A stretch of DNA of 64,000 bases from Spirochaetaceae bacterium (lineage in GTDB: Bacteria; Spirochaetota; Spirochaetia; DSM-2461): positions 2,304,001 through 2,368,000 of the forward strand of contig OZ245056.1 of assembly GCA_965224705.1 (NCBI GenBank), written 5' to 3'. How positions within the stretch are numbered: position 1 is the first letter of the stretch; every line of letters starts with the position of its first letter. Below, in pieces: positions 58,754 to 64,000 of this stretch. The notes below the pieces were generated by a model. It searched no databases and was not told the DNA's origin. It saw only the letters and a program-made list of their open reading frames with translations. A program made the position numbers and the translations under genes.

Positions 58754-60211
58754 CTAATTGCGAGACCAGAAGGATGGACTTAGAAGGATGAGGACAGAAT
58801 AAACTTCCAGGCGGCCAACAAGCATGGCTGTTGAGAGAACCCATTTCACGACAGGGTGGAAAAAGGAATAGTTCATTGTTGGGCCGACTGAACCGAAACC
58901 AGGGCCTATGTTTCCTACTGTTGCCAGTGCAGTACTGAATCCTGTTATCAAATCGGAACCGAATGAGGTAACCACCAGAGTTGTTCCCAGCAGGCAGCAG
59001 ATGTACAGGATTATGAAACCGGATATGGAGTAAAGAAAATTCTCTTTTACCGAGTTGCCATCAAGTCTTACCTTGAATACGCCTCGTGGCCGGGCCATTA
59101 ATTTCATTTCAACCAGTGCCAGTTTGCAGAGTCCAATGATGCGAATGACTTTGGGACCACCGCCAGTTGAACCGGAGCAGCCTCCAATAAACATGAGGAA
59201 GAACAATACACCCTTTGCGGCCATGGGCCAAAGGTCAAAATCCGCAGTTGCATAACCCGTGGTTGTAATGATGGATGTGACCTGGAATCCAGCATATCTA
59301 AGGGATTCTGCAAAGCTGCCATAGGTATTCATCAGCGAATAAGAAACAAAAAGGACGGCCAGCACGATAACTGTCAGATAAACCTTTAGCTCGGTATTCC
59401 TGAATACATCTCTGATATTCCCATTGAGTAATTTGTGGTAGAGACCAAAATTCATGCCGGCCATAATCATGAATATAGTGATGATCCAGTCGATGTATGC
59501 TGAGTTGTAGGATCCCACACTGGAATTTCTTGGTGAGAATCCCCCAGTCGCCAGAGTGCCGAACGTATGAGTCAATGAGTCGAAAAGACTCATGCCTCCA
59601 ATCATGAGAAGGGAGGTTTCAAGTACAGTCAGTCCCAGGTAAATGAACCAGAGTATTTTAGCTGTCTGAGTGATCTTGGGAGCGACCTTGTCCAGAGTAG
59701 GACCTGGTGCCTCCGCCCGCATCAGCTGGACTCCTCCAACACCAAGGAAGGGAAGAACCGCCACGGTGAGAACAACGATTCCCATACCTCCCAGCCAGTG
59801 AGTAAGGGAACGCCAGAAAAGGACTGCACGAGGCAGAGATTCGATATCGGTGAGGATGGAGGCTCCGGTGGTAGTGAAACCGCTGATAGTTTCAAAAAAT
59901 GCATCAGTGCAGGATGGAATTGCTCTGGAGAGAACAAAGGGCACTGCTCCCACCGCCGAAGCACCCAGCCAGGCCAGTGTAACAAGTATAAAACCTTCCC
60001 GTGTTCTCAGGTGGATATTCTTTGTATGGTTTCGGGTGCTCCAATACACAATACCACTGAGAATCAGGGTAATTATAATGGTAATGCCAAAGGCTTTCGC
60101 GACTGTCAGATCATTGTCCAGTAATGCTATTCCAAGGGGTGCAAGCATGAACAGGGCAATTATTCCAAGCAGCAAAGTTGCCACATGGATAACAGGCAAC
60201 AGGCGTATCAT
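58754..60211 (-). CDS. trkH: Trk potassium uptake membrane protein
   Basis: SGFTTTGA, WLGGMGI, ATGGFS, GSTGGG, GRLE. Confidence 0.97.
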   Translation of the reverse strand: MIRLLPVIHVATLLLGIIALFMLAPLGIALLDNDLTVAKAFGITIIITLILSGIVYWSTRNHTKNIHLRTREGFILVTLAWLGASAVGAVPFVLSRAIPSCTDAFFETISGFTTTGASILTDIESLPRAVLFWRSLTHWLGGMGIVVLTVAVLPFLGVGGVQLMRAEAPGPTLDKVAPKITQTAKILWFIYLGLTVLETSLLMIGGMSLFDSLTHTFGTLATGGFSPRNSSVGSYNSAYIDWIITIFMIMAGMNFGLYHKLLNGNIRDVFRNTELKVYLTVIVLAVLFVSYSLMNTYGSFAESLRYAGFQVTSIITTTGYATADFDLWPMAAKGVLFFLMFIGGCSGSTGGGPKVIRIIGLCKLALVEMKLMARPRGVFKVRLDGNSVKENFLYSISGFIILYICCLLGTTLVVTSFGSDLITGFSTALATVGNIGPGFGSVGPTMNYSFFHPVVKWVLSTAMLVGRLEVYSVLILLSPSFWSRN

Positions 60212-61623
60212 GTGCCGGCAACCGCTTCTTCGAGTTTTTTCACAGCTTCCCGTGGAGTAATAACGACCAGTCTGTCTCCTGCCAGTATTGTGAGATCTCC
60301 GCCGGGCAGTATGTAATTATCATTGCGATTAACAACCAGGATCAGACTGTCTTTAGGTAATTTCAAGGATTTTACTTTGGAACCAATCATGGGAGAGTTT
60401 TCATCGAGAAGAAAATCAATGATTTCAAAATCCGATCCAGCAATTGTGTAAACTCCGCGTATGTTTCCCCGGCGAAGAATACTCAATATGCTGTCGACCA
60501 TTGTATCCGTTACACTGACGGTAACATCAATATCCATTTCCTGGGCCATGGTTACATAAGAGGCCTTTCTGACCAGTGCAATGGTGCGGGCAATTCCATG
60601 ATTTCTGGCATACAGAGCACTGATTAAATTGAGCTCCTGGTTTCCGGTTGCACAAACCAGTAGATCGAATCCTTCCAGCAGTCCGGATTCACTCACCTCT
60701 TCATCCGATATGTCGGCATTTGTTACACTGGCATTCGGGTAAAGTTCGGCAAGCTCCCGGCTGATGTCATAATCCCTTTCAATGAAGTGAACACTGCGAG
60801 TTTTAAGACTGTGTTTGAATTGGCCCTTTATTCGGGATAATAATCCTGATTCTGAGTTGGATTCCTTTGAGTCGCCAATAAGGTAATCAGCGACATAACG
60901 GCTGATACGGCCGCCGCCAGCAATGGCGATTCTGCGAAGTTCCTGTCGATGAAGTTCAGCAGCATTGAGAAATACTTCTGTGCCGTTGGAGTCGGCAATT
61001 ATGTGTATCATGTCGCCAGCAAGTATTTTTGTCTCACCGGAAGGAACAATGGACTGCTCATTTCTCAGAATAAGCGGAACAAGAAAATCCACTTTGAGAG
61101 AAGCACGACTTTCCCTGATTGTTCTATCAACAAGGGAAGAATGTGATTCTACAGTAACACTGGTCATAGTAATTCCGGAGTCTCTGAAAGGATTCACAAT
61201 CCCGACTGCTCCTCTCTCCAGGGATCGAATCACAGCTCGGGCTGCTTCGACTTCAGGGTTGATAATATGGTCAATGCCATAGAGTCGCTGGCGTACCATG
61301 CGGGTGGTTGAGTAAGCAAGGTTGCGTACACGTGCCACAGTAACAGGTTCATTGTATTCCGCAGCGACGAGGGAACAGGAAATCATGTTTATTTCGTCAG
61401 ATTCCGTTACACTGACGAAGAAATCTGCATTTTTAACGTCGGCCTGCTGAAGCATGGGAAGGCTGTTTCCCTCTCCTACAAGTACCCGGCAATCCAGACG
61501 ATCATTTGCCTGGTCTGCTGACTGGGGATCTTTTTCTATGAGTGTAACCTCTTTCCCTTCGGATACAAGCTGCCGGGCCAAACGCCAGCCAACAAGCCCG
61601 GCCCCGAGAATCACCACATACAT
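60208..61623 (-). CDS. trkA: Trk potassium uptake regulatory subunit
   Basis: Two RCK_N/RCK_C pairs, GAGLVG and AGGGRI. Confidence 0.95.
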   Translation of the reverse strand: MYVVILGAGLVGWRLARQLVSEGKEVTLIEKDPQSADQANDRLDCRVLVGEGNSLPMLQQADVKNADFFVSVTESDEINMISCSLVAAEYNEPVTVARVRNLAYSTTRMVRQRLYGIDHIINPEVEAARAVIRSLERGAVGIVNPFRDSGITMTSVTVESHSSLVDRTIRESRASLKVDFLVPLILRNEQSIVPSGETKILAGDMIHIIADSNGTEVFLNAAELHRQELRRIAIAGGGRISRYVADYLIGDSKESNSESGLLSRIKGQFKHSLKTRSVHFIERDYDISRELAELYPNASVTNADISDEEVSESGLLEGFDLLVCATGNQELNLISALYARNHGIARTIALVRKASYVTMAQEMDIDVTVSVTDTMVDSILSILRRGNIRGVYTIAGSDFEIIDFLLDENSPMIGSKVKSLKLPKDSLILVVNRNDNYILPGGDLTILAGDRLVVITPREAVKKLEEAVAGT

Positions 61624-61668
61624 AGATCCAGCTTAACCTGACATGGTCTTGATTGTCGAGATGGGATA

Positions 61669-62046
61669 TTACCTGTCCGTATATTCATTGAGAACCCTGT
61701 TGAAGTTTTCAGTACCCTGGGTGATTTCCCTTTGCAAGTCATCAATTAGATTCTTAAGTTCACCCGGATCAAGCTTTTTCAGAGCATCCCTGCTGCGGCG
61801 ATTCAATTCTTGCTGCAGCTTCTCATTGTTAAAGGTGTCTGTGATATCATTGAGAAATCGGTCAGCAGCATCATTGATAACCGGTGCAGATCCAATCACG
61901 ATTTCCTTTGATTTTCTTTTTAGATCCATGCCAGTAGATTCCTCTATTGTGACAAAGAATTTGTTCCGCTTGACCGGATCTGATAAATGCGAGTAGGCAA
62001 GCAGTCCCACAGCAACAAGGCATAACAACCATAGAATTCTTCTCAT
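61669..62046 (-). CDS. Hypothetical protein with an N-terminal membrane anchor
   Basis: AGGAG RBS, hydrophobic N-terminus, helical body. Confidence 0.7.
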   Translation of the reverse strand: MRRILWLLCLVAVGLLAYSHLSDPVKRNKFFVTIEESTGMDLKRKSKEIVIGSAPVINDAADRFLNDITDTFNNEKLQQELNRRSRDALKKLDPGELKNLIDDLQREITQGTENFNRVLNEYTDR

Positions 62047-62066
62047 CTGGACATCTCCTGTTTACC

Positions 62067-64000
62067 TTATCGGCTTCCCAGGCTGTTAAGGTATTCTAAA
62101 TTACGACTGGCAGAACTCTCCAGTTCCAGCAATGTGTCCCTTTCCTTATCTATAATTGCCTGCGGAGCACGAGAAATGAAATCAGTGTTTGCGAGCTTTT
62201 TCTTCTTACCGTTTATCAGTGACCGGGTTTTTTTTAAAGACTTTTGAAACTTCTTCACGGCCTCCTCAATGTCAATGAAGTTTTTGATATAGACATGAGC
62301 GGTGAAACCTCTTCCTATAACGGCAATTGAACCATCAAGGTTTTCTCCAGCAGAGATCATGCCCATGTCGTTAGAACGAACCAGTATACCGGTCAGTTCT
62401 TCCGTACCGATTAATGCCCTGCCGGATTCTCCTGTTATTTCAACGCGAACTTTTATGAATTGTGAAGGAGGTATTGTAAACTCGCTCCTGAGGGTTCGAA
62501 TCCCGGTTACCAGATTCTTGAGAGTATTAAAGGTTGACTCGGCATCAGAATCCTCAAGTGCATCATCGACATTTGGGTAGGGGCTTATGATGAGAGGCTC
62601 TCTTTCTCCCGGTAGTTTGCTCCATATCTCCTCGGTAATATAGGGAAGGAAGGGGTGGAGGAGTTTAAGTGACTGTTCAAGTGACCGTATAAGCATCGCA
62701 GCAATTCTGTCTTTTTCAGTTTCATCCTCACCGTAGAGACCTGGTTTGGCTGCTTCCACATACCAGTCGCAGTAGTCGTTCCAGAAGAATTCATACACTG
62801 AGTGAGCCATCTCGTCGAAACGGAAGGAGGTCATGGCGGATTCAACGGCTTGAACAGTTTTATTCAATCGGTGCCATATCCATCGATCGGCCAGAGTCCT
62901 CTGTTCGGGTGAATCCGGACTGTTGAGATTGCCAGGGTTTCGATTCGCCGAATTCATTAGAATGAATCGTGCGGCATTCCAGACCTTGTTGGCAAACTTG
63001 GACCCCAGTTTACAGGAATCCATGTCCAGTGGAATATCTTCTCCCTGAGCTGAGAGATAGGTTAAGGTGAATTTCATGGCATCAGCTCCATAGTTTTTCA
63101 CCACATCCATCGGATCGATGCCGTTTCCAAGGCTCTTGGACATTTTTCTCCCTTTTTTATCCCGTATCAACCCTGTAATGTAGATGTTTTTGAATGGAAC
63201 CTGGCCCATGAATTCCAAACCAGCCATTATCATGCGGGCCACCCAGAAAAAGATTATGTCGTAGCCGGTTACGAGGGTCGTGGTAGGGTAGAATCGGGCC
63301 AGATCCGGTGTCTTCTCGGGCCAGCCCAAAGTGCTGAATGGCCAGAGCCAGGATGAGAACCAGGTGTCAAGAACATCTGGATCTCGAAGGATTTCTCCTT
63401 TGCAGTTCGGGCAGTCTGGGGGATCTTCTCGGAGAACATAAAGCTGGCCGCAGGACTGGCAGGTAAAAGCTGGGATCTGGTGCCCCCACCATATCTGTCG
63501 GCTCACACACCAATCGCGGAGATTTTCAAGCCAATGCCTGTAGGTGTTTCCCCACTTTCTTGGATAAAAGTTTATTTCTCCATTTCTCCAGGCTTCCAGT
63601 GCTTTTTCAGCCATGGGTTTCATTCGTACAAACCACTGTTCTGAGAGAAAGGGTTCTACAACTGTGGCACAGCGGTAGCAGTGTCCCACCTGGTGAGTGT
63701 GTTCCCTGTATCTGTCCAGGGCACCAGTTTCCTGCAGCATTTTCACAGTTATCTGACGGGCCTGACTTGCGGTTAATCCCTGAATGAACTGGGGAACCAT
63801 CTTGTTCATCGTTCCATCACTGTTCATCACATTGATCGATTCCAGTCCATGCCGTTTACCTGTTTCATAATCGTTGGGATCATGGGCCGGTGTTATTTTC
63901 AAGCAGCCGGTACCAAATTGCCTATCAACACAGGAATCTGCAATAATGGGGATTTCCCTATCCATGAGGGGAAGTTTTACAGTTCGGCCGATGAATGATT
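62067..64000 (-). CDS. valS: Valyl-tRNA synthetase, 5'-truncated by the window edge
   Basis: TPAHDPND, DWCVSRQIWWGH, DVLDTWFSS, KMSKS, C-terminal coiled coil. Confidence 0.98.
   Translation of the reverse strand, partial: SFIGRTVKLPLMDREIPIIADSCVDRQFGTGCLKITPAHDPNDYETGKRHGLESINVMNSDGTMNKMVPQFIQGLTASQARQITVKMLQETGALDRYREHTHQVGHCYRCATVVEPFLSEQWFVRMKPMAEKALEAWRNGEINFYPRKWGNTYRHWLENLRDWCVSRQIWWGHQIPAFTCQSCGQLYVLREDPPDCPNCKGEILRDPDVLDTWFSSWLWPFSTLGWPEKTPDLARFYPTTTLVTGYDIIFFWVARMIMAGLEFMGQVPFKNIYITGLIRDKKGRKMSKSLGNGIDPMDVVKNYGADAMKFTLTYLSAQGEDIPLDMDSCKLGSKFANKVWNAARFILMNSANRNPGNLNSPDSPEQRTLADRWIWHRLNKTVQAVESAMTSFRFDEMAHSVYEFFWNDYCDWYVEAAKPGLYGEDETEKDRIAAMLIRSLEQSLKLLHPFLPYITEEIWSKLPGEREPLIISPYPNVDDALEDSDAESTFNTLKNLVTGIRTLRSEFTIPPSQFIKVRVEITGESGRALIGTEELTGILVRSNDMGMISAGENLDGSIAVIGRGFTAHVYIKNFIDIEEAVKKFQKSLKKTRSLINGKKKKLANTDFISRAPQAIIDKERDTLLELESSASRNLEYLNSLGSR

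Overview
Core chromosome of a spirochaete (Spirochaetota). This is inferred from P83/100, a PyrB-PyrI fusion, tRNA-Arg(GCG), an alpha operon without rpsD and a Borrelia-like flgG-flgJ-rpoS-tsaD order. The window holds the 3' end of the S10-spc-alpha ribosomal cluster, with a Lys/Ala repeat fused to L5; an adenylate cyclase/VIT1/pabB/pabC unit; flagellar rod genes; an RpoS-like sigma factor behind a perfect sigma-54 promoter; proBA; an orphan RND pump; a NifA-like activator with a sigma-54-driven type III glutamine synthetase; housekeeping genes; and six tRNAs. An accessory segment of about 8 kb beside tRNA-Ser carries arsC, a 2182-aa tandem-repeat lipoprotein and decayed gene remnants (Fic, probably ArsP). 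The most notable unexplained structure is a family of four intergenic elements of 113-223 bp, bounded by conserved inverted arms (AGTGTCAGRAAGCYTGT) around diverged interiors. Two of them bracket the accessory segment and two bracket the tRNA cluster. All calls come from reading the sequence; no searches were run.
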